A stretch of DNA of 64,000 nucleotides from an uncultured Eggerthellaceae bacterium. GTDB lineage: Bacteria > Actinomycetota > Coriobacteriia > Coriobacteriales > Eggerthellaceae. A program made the translations under genes and the position numbers. The stretch lies in the NCBI GenBank assembly GCA_934668515.1, contig CAKUNS010000006.1:2201-66200 (forward strand), written 5' to 3'. Below are positions 56,518 to 64,000 of this stretch, one piece after another. The notes under the pieces are model-generated. The model saw only the letters and a program-made list of their open reading frames with translations. It was not told where the DNA came from and did not search any database. How positions within the stretch are numbered: position 1 is the first letter of the stretch; every line of letters begins with the position of its first letter.

Positions 56518-56706
56518 ATGAGGAACGAAGAAGAAAACTGGCTTGAAGACGCCTTCAACGAAAAGAAGGATCAGGAATTCAATGATGCCCACATGGGCGG
56601 ATCTTCAAAGCTTCTTGTCGGCATCGGCTGCCTTGGCGCCGTCATCCTGACTGTCATCTTCTTCGTTTCCAGCCTGGGTCTCCTCAGCGCTATTTCCGCT
56701 GCATAG
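56518..56706 (+). CDS. Small hypothetical membrane protein (acidic N-terminus plus one transmembrane helix)
   Basis: 62 aa. A GGAGA lies 11 nt upstream of the ATG. The C-terminal half LLVGIGCLGAVILTVIFFVSSLGLLSAI is a clear TM helix. No recognisable family. Confidence 0.4.
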   Translation: MRNEEENWLEDAFNEKKDQEFNDAHMGGSSKLLVGIGCLGAVILTVIFFVSSLGLLSAISAA

Positions 56707-56717
56707 AGAGGTCCGTT

Positions 56718-57701
56718 TTGAGCGATCAGTCCATTGCCAGCATGCGTTCTCTGTTGAATCAGCGCGGTGTTCTTCTTGCGCCTCTCGCTGGCGTGAGCGA
56801 TTTGGTGTTTCGCCAGATCAACCGCGAACACAAAGCCGATCTCACCTACACCGAAATGGTTTCTGCAAAGGGGCTCTCGTACGCAAACGAGAAGACCCGT
56901 CATCTTTTAGATCTCGCCGAAAACGAGGACATTGTCGCTGTTCAGGTTTTTGGACACGAACCCGAGGTCATCGCACGAGAAGCCGTCTGGATCGAAGAGC
57001 AGCTTCAAGACAGGCTGGCCTATATCGACATCAACATGGGTTGCCCAGCGCGAAAAATCGTGTCGAAAGGCGATGGCTCGGCCTTGATGAAAACGCCAGA
57101 ACTTGCCTCTCGAATCGTCGAAAGCGTCTCTCAAGCGATCAACCATCCCGTCACGGTCAAATTCCGACGTGGATACAACACCGACGACGAAACCTGCGTC
57201 GAATTCGCCAAGCGCATGGAACAGTCAGGCGCGGCAGCTTGCGCTGTTCACGGGCGCTTCGCCATGCAGATGTACAGCGGGCACGCGGATTGGGACGCCA
57301 TCCGCAGGGTAGTGGACGCTGTGAACATCCCTGTTATTGGAAACGGCGACATCACGTCGGGGCAAGATGCTCTGAACATGCTCGGTGAAACCGGCTGTGC
57401 CGCCATCATGATCGGGCGAGCTGCCCAGGGAAACCCGTGGATTTTCGAAGAAGTGAAGGCCGCCAAAGAAAGGGTCGCCTGGAACCCACCTAGCGCAACC
57501 GAGCGAATTCAGCTTGCCAAGCGCCACGCCGAGTTAATGTCCCATCTTCCCGGTAAACCGCTTTCGCGCATGCGCAAGCACGCCATGTGGTATGTTGCGG
57601 GTCTCCCCGGAGCCTCCATCGCACGTGGCAAATTCAACCTGTGCAACACACTAGACGACTTCAATGCCGTATTCGACGAACTGCTTGCTTACGAGAACTA
57701 G
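56718..57701 (+). CDS. dus: tRNA-dihydrouridine synthase
   Basis: It has ..LAPLAGVSDLVFR.., ..IDINMGCPARKI.. and ..VTVKFRRG.. Dus motifs. The start is TTG at 56718, with the ATG at 56742 as an alternative. Confidence 0.88.
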   Translation: MSDQSIASMRSLLNQRGVLLAPLAGVSDLVFRQINREHKADLTYTEMVSAKGLSYANEKTRHLLDLAENEDIVAVQVFGHEPEVIAREAVWIEEQLQDRLAYIDINMGCPARKIVSKGDGSALMKTPELASRIVESVSQAINHPVTVKFRRGYNTDDETCVEFAKRMEQSGAAACAVHGRFAMQMYSGHADWDAIRRVVDAVNIPVIGNGDITSGQDALNMLGETGCAAIMIGRAAQGNPWIFEEVKAAKERVAWNPPSATERIQLAKRHAELMSHLPGKPLSRMRKHAMWYVAGLPGASIARGKFNLCNTLDDFNAVFDELLAYEN

Positions 57702-57709
57702 GAAACAAC

Positions 57710-58822
57710 ATGCCTCATGATCCTTATGGCGCGATGTACGTTCACATACCCTTCTGCAAAAGCCGTTGCGCTTATTGCGACTTCGCAACTGAAGCCATCC
57801 CGAACGATTCCAAGGTGATCGACGAGTACATCGAGAGTCTGGTCGTCGACATAAGGCGTCAATCAAAGGCCGACGAACTCGGCTCGATCAAAACCATCTA
57901 CATTGGCGGGGGCACGCCTTCCTACATCGGGCTTTCCCGCCTTTCCAGCCTGCTATATGCCATCTCGCTTTCGGTCATCACAACGCGCCCAGATATGGAA
58001 TGGTCCATGGAGGCGAACCCCGAAAGCGTCGACGAACGTCTGATCAGGGATATCTGGGCTATGGGGGTCAATCGTCTTTCGATCGGGGTGCAAAGCTTCG
58101 ACGACGACGTGCTTTCATTTTTGGGAAGGGCCCATGATGTCGCTATGGCCAAACAGGCAGTAAAAACCGCGCAAAGTCGATTCACGAATATCAGCGTCGA
58201 TCTGATGTGCGGCATTCCGGGGCAATCGGACGAATCGTTTGCTGATAGCGTGAAAACAGCAATCGAACTAGGCGTTACCCATGTTAGCATCTACCCGCTC
58301 ACCATCGAAGAACACACCCCGTTCTACCGTGACGTGATGGCAGGCCGCATTCCCGAACCCGACGACGATGTTGAAGCTCGGCATATGAAAATAGCTCAGA
58401 GCATCCTTTCCGAGGCTGGCTTCGCTCGTTACGAGGTTGCGAGTTATGCCAAACCGGGCTATGAATGCAAGCACAACATCGCCTATTGGACTGGCGTGCC
58501 TTATATCGGATTCGGTAGAAGCGCCGCTACTATGACCCAAAACGATGAACGCCGCATGCGCATGACCGACGGCGTCGTTACCGACGATCTCAGCCGCCCT
58601 GAACGAGAATCCGAGGATCTCATGCTTGGCATGCGTATGACGCGTGGCATTTCTCATGAACAGATCGAACAGGCAAAACTCTACCTTAATGGCGTAGAAC
58701 AAGCCTTTGCCAAGCTGCAAGACGAGGGGCTGGTGACCCGCACCGACGAGGGCTTTGCGCCAACCGAGAAAGGCTGGCTTTGCGGCAACGAGCTTTACGG
58801 CGAGCTGTTTTCACTTGCCTAG
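57710..58822 (+). CDS. hemW: Radical SAM family heme chaperone HemW (oxygen-independent coproporphyrinogen-III oxidase-like)
   Basis: It has ..YVHIPFCKSRCAYCDF.. (CxxxCxxC) and an HemN_C-like C-terminus. I chose the ATG at 57710 rather than track start 57587, which lies inside dus. Confidence 0.88.
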   Translation: MPHDPYGAMYVHIPFCKSRCAYCDFATEAIPNDSKVIDEYIESLVVDIRRQSKADELGSIKTIYIGGGTPSYIGLSRLSSLLYAISLSVITTRPDMEWSMEANPESVDERLIRDIWAMGVNRLSIGVQSFDDDVLSFLGRAHDVAMAKQAVKTAQSRFTNISVDLMCGIPGQSDESFADSVKTAIELGVTHVSIYPLTIEEHTPFYRDVMAGRIPEPDDDVEARHMKIAQSILSEAGFARYEVASYAKPGYECKHNIAYWTGVPYIGFGRSAATMTQNDERRMRMTDGVVTDDLSRPERESEDLMLGMRMTRGISHEQIEQAKLYLNGVEQAFAKLQDEGLVTRTDEGFAPTEKGWLCGNELYGELFSLA

Positions 58823-58899
58823 CAAATCCGTTGTCACCGCACGCGAAAAGTGCCGTTAGGTAACGGTTCGGTGCAAATAGCGTTTTGAAACTGACTGGC

Positions 58900-58940
58900 T
58901 TAGCACTCTCGCATCCATACTGCTAGAATACGAGTGCTGT
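58900..58940 (+). promoter_or_regulatory. CIRCE-like HrcA operator overlapping a candidate promoter
   Basis: A perfect left arm TTAGCACTC (58900-58908) is present. After the canonical 9-nt spacer comes only TACTGCTAG (6/9 match). A near-perfect right arm GAGTGCT lies 23 nt from the left arm. TTAGCA-18 nt-TAGAAT reads as a -35/-10 pair. Confidence 0.5.
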
Positions 58941-58986
58941 TCTTATAACCGATCAGCAGATTCGTAAACATATCGAACAGGGAAGG

Positions 58987-60006
58987 GTGATGGCAGTGCT
59001 ATCCGATCGTCGCCAGCGTGTTCTTTCTGCGCTGATCGAAGAGTACGTGGAACGTGCATTGCCCGTCGGCTCTAGAACCCTTACCGAGCGCTATCAGCTT
59101 GGGGTAAGTCCCGCTACGGTTCGCAATGAGCTTTCGGCCCTCGAGGAACAGGGATACATTTCGCAGCCTCACACCTCTTCGGGTCGTATTCCCACCGATT
59201 TCGGCTATCGCGCGTTCGTGGACGAACTTATCTCTTCGGGCGTGGTGCAAGATGACGAACGCTCCAGGGCGGCCGTCACACACCTTAGGAACAGCGCACG
59301 CGAACTCGATGACCTGATGGAGCAAACTTCGGCAGCTCTTTCGCATCTTACCGACTGCCTTTCCATTGTTCTTGCTCCGGTAATTGAAGAGCGCAAAGTG
59401 CGCCAAATCACCCTGATCTCGCTTGATGCGCATCACGCGGTTATCGTTATCGTCACCAAATCGGGAGATGTCCTCAATCGTAAAATCGACTTCAAAGACG
59501 AAGTTTCCGCCGATGAATTGTCACGTGTTCAAAGGCTGTTGAACAACGCGTTCTGCGCGCGCTCAAGCGAAACCGGCCGCATTTCCGATATTGCAACGCT
59601 TCTAAAACGCGACGCTGCGGGTGATCCGCTTACAGCGCTTGTCATCGACGAGATCCTCGACTGCCTGAACGATTCGGACTCGAATCATTCCCATCGCTTG
59701 GGAATGTCCTCGCTTATGAAGAAACCCGAGTTCAGTCGGTCGGAATCCCTTCTTCCGGTAATTCAGGCGTTCGACGACGACACGGTTCTTCTCGAACTCA
59801 TGGAATGCTCCACCGATGATATGCCCATCGTCAAAATCGGCACCGAGAACAACTCGAAGCTTCTTTCGGGTGTCTCGATTGTCGCCAGCCGTTACGGTCG
59901 CGGCGAGAACGAGGGAGTAGTCGCCGTCATCGGACCAACCAGAATGGATTACTCACGGGCGCTTAAGGCCGTCCATATGGCCAGCTCGGCCCTTGATGAA
60001 GACTAA
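58987..60006 (+). CDS. hrcA: Heat-inducible transcription repressor HrcA
   Basis: It has ..RRQRVLSALIEEYVERALPVGSRTLTERYQLGVSPATVRNELSALEEQGYISQPHTSSGRIPT... The start is GTG at 58987 or ATG at 58990. Confidence 0.92.
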   Translation: MMAVLSDRRQRVLSALIEEYVERALPVGSRTLTERYQLGVSPATVRNELSALEEQGYISQPHTSSGRIPTDFGYRAFVDELISSGVVQDDERSRAAVTHLRNSARELDDLMEQTSAALSHLTDCLSIVLAPVIEERKVRQITLISLDAHHAVIVIVTKSGDVLNRKIDFKDEVSADELSRVQRLLNNAFCARSSETGRISDIATLLKRDAAGDPLTALVIDEILDCLNDSDSNHSHRLGMSSLMKKPEFSRSESLLPVIQAFDDDTVLLELMECSTDDMPIVKIGTENNSKLLSGVSIVASRYGRGENEGVVAVIGPTRMDYSRALKAVHMASSALDED

Positions 60007-60057
60007 GGCCGACCGCATATTGCAGGTTCGGATGAGAACTGAAAGGTAACGACTTCA

Positions 60058-61197
60058 ATGGCAAAAGATCTCTATGAAGTGCTCGGTGTTTCCCGCGATG
60101 CAACTGAAGACGAGATTAAAAAGGCGTTTCGACGCCAAGCTCGCAAACTCCACCCCGACGTGAACAAGGCTGAAGACGCCGAAGATCAGTTCAAGGAACT
60201 TAACGAAGCCTACGACGTGCTCTCTGACGCCAACAAACGTGCTGCATACGATCGATTCGGCACGATTCCCGGCGCGGCAAGCGGGCAGGGTCCGTTCGGC
60301 GGCAGCGGTTACGTCGACTTCGACGACATCTTCGGCGGGTTCGGAGGAATGGGCGACATCTTCAGCAGCTTCTTCGGCGGCGGGGCAGCCGGCGGCGCCC
60401 GCGTTCGTCAAGATGGTCGCGATATGGGCGTTGGCCTGCGCATTTCTCTTGAAGAAGCCGCGAGCGGCGTTAAGAAGGAAATCATCTACGATCGACTGGC
60501 GCCGTGCCCCGAATGCGGCGGCAATGGCCTAGGCGAAAACGGGCATGAAGCCACCTGTCCCGATTGCCACGGCACCGGTCGCGTCGTTACCGTCCAGCGC
60601 ACTTTCTTGGGCGACATGCAATCAACTTCCACATGCAAGCACTGCGGAGGCACCGGCAAGATCATCGAGAATGCGTGCCCCGAGTGCGAGGGTCAGGGAC
60701 GCGTCCCCGATCGTCAGCGTGTTACCGTCGAGGTCCCTGCTGGTATCAGGGATGCCCAGCAACTTCGCGTTACCGGATTCGGTGAAGCAGGCGTTCGCGG
60801 TGCCGCCACCGGCGATCTTATCGTCACGTGCCGCATCCAGCCGCATGAGTTCTTCGAGCGCGACGGGGACAACCTTCACGCTCGTGCCAACGTCTCCATG
60901 GTTCAAGCTGCTCTTGGATGCGAGGTTGAGATTGACGGCATCCTGCCCGACGAGAAAGTCAAGGTCCGCATCCCCGAGGGATGCCAGAACGATCAGGTCG
61001 TTCGCGTTAAAAACGTAGGAATGCCGCGCTTCAAGTCTTCCAACCGCGGTGACCTTTACGTTCATGTTTCGGTCGAAATCCCTAGGAAGCTGAATAAGAA
61101 ACAGCGCGAGATCCTCGAATCGCTTGCGCGAGAGCTTGGCGAAGACGTTTCTTCATCGCGCAATCCGCTTCAAAAATTGCGCGACGCGCTTAGTTAG
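60058..61197 (+). CDS. dnaJ: Molecular chaperone DnaJ
   Basis: It has a J domain (..[33 protein letters not shown]..), a G/F region and four CxxCxG zinc motifs. Confidence 0.95.
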   Translation: MAKDLYEVLGVSRDATEDEIKKAFRRQARKLHPDVNKAEDAEDQFKELNEAYDVLSDANKRAAYDRFGTIPGAASGQGPFGGSGYVDFDDIFGGFGGMGDIFSSFFGGGAAGGARVRQDGRDMGVGLRISLEEAASGVKKEIIYDRLAPCPECGGNGLGENGHEATCPDCHGTGRVVTVQRTFLGDMQSTSTCKHCGGTGKIIENACPECEGQGRVPDRQRVTVEVPAGIRDAQQLRVTGFGEAGVRGAATGDLIVTCRIQPHEFFERDGDNLHARANVSMVQAALGCEVEIDGILPDEKVKVRIPEGCQNDQVVRVKNVGMPRFKSSNRGDLYVHVSVEIPRKLNKKQREILESLARELGEDVSSSRNPLQKLRDALS

Positions 61198-61262
61198 CGT
61201 AAGGTATTGAATCAACTCAAAAACACAGCCAACACGAAAGCCCCAATAGAAAGGCACCTTTA

Positions 61263-61847
61263 ATGGCATCTGAGAACGTAAAGAAGACCACGCTTCGCCT
61301 TGTCGTCGGCCCCTGCGATGCAGAGCCGCTGCTTACCTGCGTGAAAGGCGTGACCGAGCTTGGCTTTGATTCCATGACGGTTTACCTTACCGCCCCCGAA
61401 ACCGAAGTGTACGACGCCCTCAAGCCCTACGCCAGCATCCTCGAGAAGGGCGCCTCCCTTGATGCCAAGGACTGCAACCGCGAGGATATCCCTAAGGTTG
61501 CTTTCGTTGACTCTCTTGCCAGCGCCGTCACCCGCGATGGCAAGCCTGATGTATGCCTCATCTTCTCCGAAAAGTCCACCGAGTTCGCACCTATTCAGGA
61601 TGCGGTAGCAAGCGCCGTTGCCGCTTATAGCGAGGCCGGTAAAACCGTTCCCTTCAATTGCACCATCGTTATCGGTCCCGCAAGCGGTATCGCCGACTTC
61701 GATATCGACGTTGTGAAATCCGTTTGCCCGAACGTCGGCGTGGGTTCGTTCTCCAACATCGTTGCAAGCGTTGATATCGCCGCAGTTGCCGGCTGTGCAA
61801 TCGCTAGCTACGAGGTTAATGCGGCGTTTGAAAAAGCAAACGCTTAA
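61263..61847 (+). CDS. Hypothetical protein; possible divergent RsmE-like SPOUT-domain protein lacking the PUA domain
   Basis: 194 aa at the position where rsmE normally follows dnaJ. ..VKGVTELGFDSMTVYL.. and ..IVIGPASGIADFDIDVV....VGVGSFSNIV.. loosely parallel the RsmE ..ATELGV..I.P.. and ..IGPEGGF...E......VSLG..ILR.. motifs. The by-eye similarity is weak. Confidence 0.4.
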   Translation: MASENVKKTTLRLVVGPCDAEPLLTCVKGVTELGFDSMTVYLTAPETEVYDALKPYASILEKGASLDAKDCNREDIPKVAFVDSLASAVTRDGKPDVCLIFSEKSTEFAPIQDAVASAVAAYSEAGKTVPFNCTIVIGPASGIADFDIDVVKSVCPNVGVGSFSNIVASVDIAAVAGCAIASYEVNAAFEKANA

Positions 61848-61857
61848 CTTTGCATCA

Positions 61858-63129
61858 ATGAAGTTCCAAGTAGTAAACCTGGGCTGCAAGGTCAACCGAG
61901 TCGAGTCGGATGACGTTGCAGCCTGCTTTCTTTCACAAGGTCTCGAACCCGCTTCGTCACACGACGCAGACGTCGTCTTCGTAAACACCTGCACCGTTAC
62001 GGGAGAAGCCGATAAGAAAGCACGCAAAGCCGTTCGCCATGCTCTCAACAGCCATCCGAATGCTCGTGTGGTCGTATCAGGATGCGCCTCGGCCATTGAC
62101 CCAGGAAAATTCCAAGAGATGGACCCTGCTCGCGTGGATGTTATAGGCCGCGCAGAGCTTGTCGGTTTCGTTCAAGACCTCGTGGCTCGATCAACGACGT
62201 CGAACTCGGAACCGGCCAATATCAAAAGCGATGACGCAGATCGCCTTCGTATCGGCGAAGGGTTCAACACACGAGTCAACATCAAAGTGCAAGACGGTTG
62301 CGATAATGCCTGCACGTACTGCATTGTTCATGTAGCTCGAGGCAAAGCCACCAGCCGAAACTTCAACGAAGTGGTATCCGAGTGCGTGCGTTATGCGCAA
62401 AACGGTTCGCGGGAAATCGTTCTTGCGGGAATCAATCTTGGGTCTTATAACCACGAAAGCCGAATGCTCCCCGAGTTGCTGAAAGAGCTTCTGTTCAAAA
62501 CCGCTGATTTGCCCGACGCCGCTTCACCGGTTCGATTCCGCATCTCAAGCATCGAACCGGAATGCATCGATGAAAAGCTCCTTCAGGTCATTGCGACTGC
62601 CAATGGCAGGGTCTGTCGTCATCTGCACCTTCCGCTTCAGGCAGGAAGCTCCAAAGTGCTTCGGGAAATGGCAAGACGCTATTCCGCCGATCAATTCAAG
62701 CAACTTGTCGATACCATCTACCGCTTCGTTCCAACGATGTCTTTAAGCACTGACATCATCGTCGGATTCCCTGGCGAAACAGACAACGAATTCCAAGAAA
62801 CGCTTGACCTTGCCGCCGCATGCCGATTCTCGAAGATCCATGTGTTCCCTTACTCCATGAGAGAGGGGACACCCGCAGCAAAAAGACCTGATCAGGTCCC
62901 CGCTGAAGTCAAGCAAAAGCGTGCTACAAGACTGCGTGGGCTCTCCGACGAACTGGCTCTAGTTGATTTCGAACATCGTGTGGGAACTTACGAATCGGTC
63001 ATCATCGAGCCAGACTTCGCCTTGACGGAAAGCTATCATGAAATAGAACGACCCGCGATCGGCGCAGTTGGAGACCTGGTTTCGCTTAAGCTTGAATCCA
63101 ACATGCTTCGATCCCAGCAATCAGAGTAG
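61858..63129 (+). CDS. mtaB: tRNA (t6A37) methylthiotransferase MtaB (radical SAM MiaB/RimO family)
   Basis: It has an N-terminal UPF0004 domain (..VVNLGCKVNRVESD.., ..VNTCTVT..), a radical SAM motif CDNACTYCIV and a TRAM-like C-terminus. I chose the ATG at 61858. Confidence 0.88.
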   Translation: MKFQVVNLGCKVNRVESDDVAACFLSQGLEPASSHDADVVFVNTCTVTGEADKKARKAVRHALNSHPNARVVVSGCASAIDPGKFQEMDPARVDVIGRAELVGFVQDLVARSTTSNSEPANIKSDDADRLRIGEGFNTRVNIKVQDGCDNACTYCIVHVARGKATSRNFNEVVSECVRYAQNGSREIVLAGINLGSYNHESRMLPELLKELLFKTADLPDAASPVRFRISSIEPECIDEKLLQVIATANGRVCRHLHLPLQAGSSKVLREMARRYSADQFKQLVDTIYRFVPTMSLSTDIIVGFPGETDNEFQETLDLAAACRFSKIHVFPYSMREGTPAAKRPDQVPAEVKQKRATRLRGLSDELALVDFEHRVGTYESVIIEPDFALTESYHEIERPAIGAVGDLVSLKLESNMLRSQQSE

Positions 63130-63138
63130 GGGGATGGC

Positions 63139-63606
63139 ATGGAAATCACCATCAATGCCGACTACCGCGAAGACGCACTCAAGAACGTGCCCGTAGAAAA
63201 CCTCGCGACGTTTGTCATCTCGAGCGAGAACAAGCCCGAATCGACGGAGGTCTCTATCAACTTCGTCGACAACGACTCAATCAAAACGCTCAACAACGAC
63301 TATCGAGGTGTCGACCTGATCACAGACGTTCTTTCTTTCGAGTGCGACGGCATAGAAGACGAAGGATTCGCATGCCCCGAATTCGAAGTGTATGAACTTG
63401 GCGATATCGTCATCGCACCCGATGTCGCTGAAGCGCAGGCACGGGAATTCGGGACGTCTTTCGAAGATGAAGTTAGCCTCCTCATCGTCCATGGTCTTCT
63501 GCATTTGTGTGGATACGACCACATGGAGGAAGACGAAGCCGAGATCATGGAAGGCAAGGAGCGCGCATTGCTGAGCTCCTTTTACGGCAGGCCATTCGCC
63601 CGCTAG
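63139..63606 (+). CDS. ybeY: rRNA maturation endoribonuclease YbeY
   Basis: It has the zinc motif ..HGLLHLCGYDH... Confidence 0.92.
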   Translation: MEITINADYREDALKNVPVENLATFVISSENKPESTEVSINFVDNDSIKTLNNDYRGVDLITDVLSFECDGIEDEGFACPEFEVYELGDIVIAPDVAEAQAREFGTSFEDEVSLLIVHGLLHLCGYDHMEEDEAEIMEGKERALLSSFYGRPFAR

Positions 63607-63618
63607 ACTGGTACGACG

Positions 63619-64000
63619 ATGAAGATAGACGACCAAAACGAAGACAAGCATTACGTCCGAGAGAGCGGCAGCAACGACCGATCGGATTATTCGTTAGCAA
63701 AGGCATTCAAAAACGCAGGCGCAGGAATCGCCTACGCGATGAAAACCCAACGCAACGTAAGAATCGATCTCGTATTCGCCGTAATCGCACTAGCTTTGGG
63801 CTTTATCCTGAAGATCAGCGTCACGCAATGGGCTGTCGTTTGTCTTTGCATTGGTTCGGTAATCGGCATGGAATGCGTGAACACAGCCATTGAGTCAGTT
63901 GTCGACCTTGTTTCGCCCGAGTACCATATCCTCGCCAAACACGCTAAAGATTGTGCTGCAGGGGCCGTTTATCTAGTCGCAATCGCATCGGCAGCCGTCG
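63619..64000 (+). CDS. dgkA: Prokaryotic diacylglycerol/undecaprenol kinase family protein, N-terminal part (3' end outside the window)
   Basis: This frame is absent from the ORF track because it has no stop inside the window. My translation gives MKIDDQNEDKHY...AFKNAGAGIAYAMKTQRNVRIDL...ECVNTAIESVVDLVSPEYHILAKHAKDCAAGAV.., which matches the DgkA motif E..N(T/S)AIE..VD...E.H...K.AKD..A.AV. Confidence 0.8.
   Translation, partial: MKIDDQNEDKHYVRESGSNDRSDYSLAKAFKNAGAGIAYAMKTQRNVRIDLVFAVIALALGFILKISVTQWAVVCLCIGSVIGMECVNTAIESVVDLVSPEYHILAKHAKDCAAGAVYLVAIASAAV

Noticed and set aside
61260-62096. A 278-aa minus-strand ORF opposite the RsmE-like ORF and the 5' end of mtaB.
   Set aside because: It overlaps the well-supported mtaB start and reads as Gly/Ala/Asp-rich shadow sequence. 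The + strand ORF fits the operon spacing (it ends 10 nt before mtaB) and has faint SPOUT-like motifs.
1-64000. A search for CRISPR arrays, tRNA/rRNA genes, IS elements, integrases, phage genes and long direct or inverted repeats.
   Set aside because: I saw none. Intergenic regions are short and are explained by terminators, promoters and leaders. The only repeats seen are the in-frame coding repeats in rsmB and the low-complexity Ala/Lys/Glu tracts in infB and rpsT.

Overview
The window is almost fully coding, with about 60 genes, nearly all on the + strand. It reads as a chromosomal core segment of a moderately high-GC Gram-positive anaerobe. Gene order and protein types suggest Actinomycetota, probably class Coriobacteriia. 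This is an inference from three things. First, synteny: pyrF-mihF-gmk-rpoZ, hrcA-dnaJ behind a CIRCE-like site, and rimP-nusA-ylxR-infB-rbfA-nrnA-truB-ribF. Second, an actinobacterial-type IHF. Third, anaerobe enzymes: PyrK/PyrD type 1B, a membrane pyrophosphatase and a ferredoxin-dependent 2-oxoacid oxidoreductase. Blocks from left to right are listed here. (1) A partial AEC transporter, uppP and chorismate mutase. (2) ilvD-ilvB-ilvN-ilvC, serA and leuA. (3) The rimP...ribF translation and RNA-modification cluster. (4) hppA. (5) On the minus strand, an HD-domain dNTPase-like gene plus a YfcE-like phosphodiesterase. (6) dnaG, def-fmt-rsmB. (7) An XRE-cupin regulator, an AMP-forming acyl-CoA ligase, an orphan P-loop NTPase and a delta-alpha-beta-gamma 2-oxoacid:ferredoxin oxidoreductase. 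(8) On the minus strand, a lipoprotein barnase with barstar. (9) pyrR-pyrB-pyrC-carA-carB-pyrK-pyrD-pyrF behind a PyrR-type attenuator. (10) mihF-gmk-rpoZ-thiI. (11) comEA-comEC-holA, rpsT (minus), lepA, dus and hemW. (12) hrcA-dnaJ, an RsmE-like gene, mtaB, ybeY and a partial dgkA. Many adjacent genes overlap stop and start codons (ATGA, TAATG, TGATG). I saw no rRNA, tRNA, CRISPR array, transposase, integrase or prophage genes. The best candidate for something undescribed is the regulator/ligase/NTPase/oxidoreductase module at 29.7-35.6 kb, especially its uncharacterised NTPase. Lesser oddities include a 273-aa KGG/RDDKF repeat extension on RsmB, a PUA-less RsmE-like protein with GPASG, a 77-aa tail on S20, a Cys/His tail on NusA, an insertion in UppP, a roughly 600-nt structured leader before ilvD and a mis-spaced CIRCE. 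All calls come from reading the translations and DNA by eye. No database search or folding program was run.
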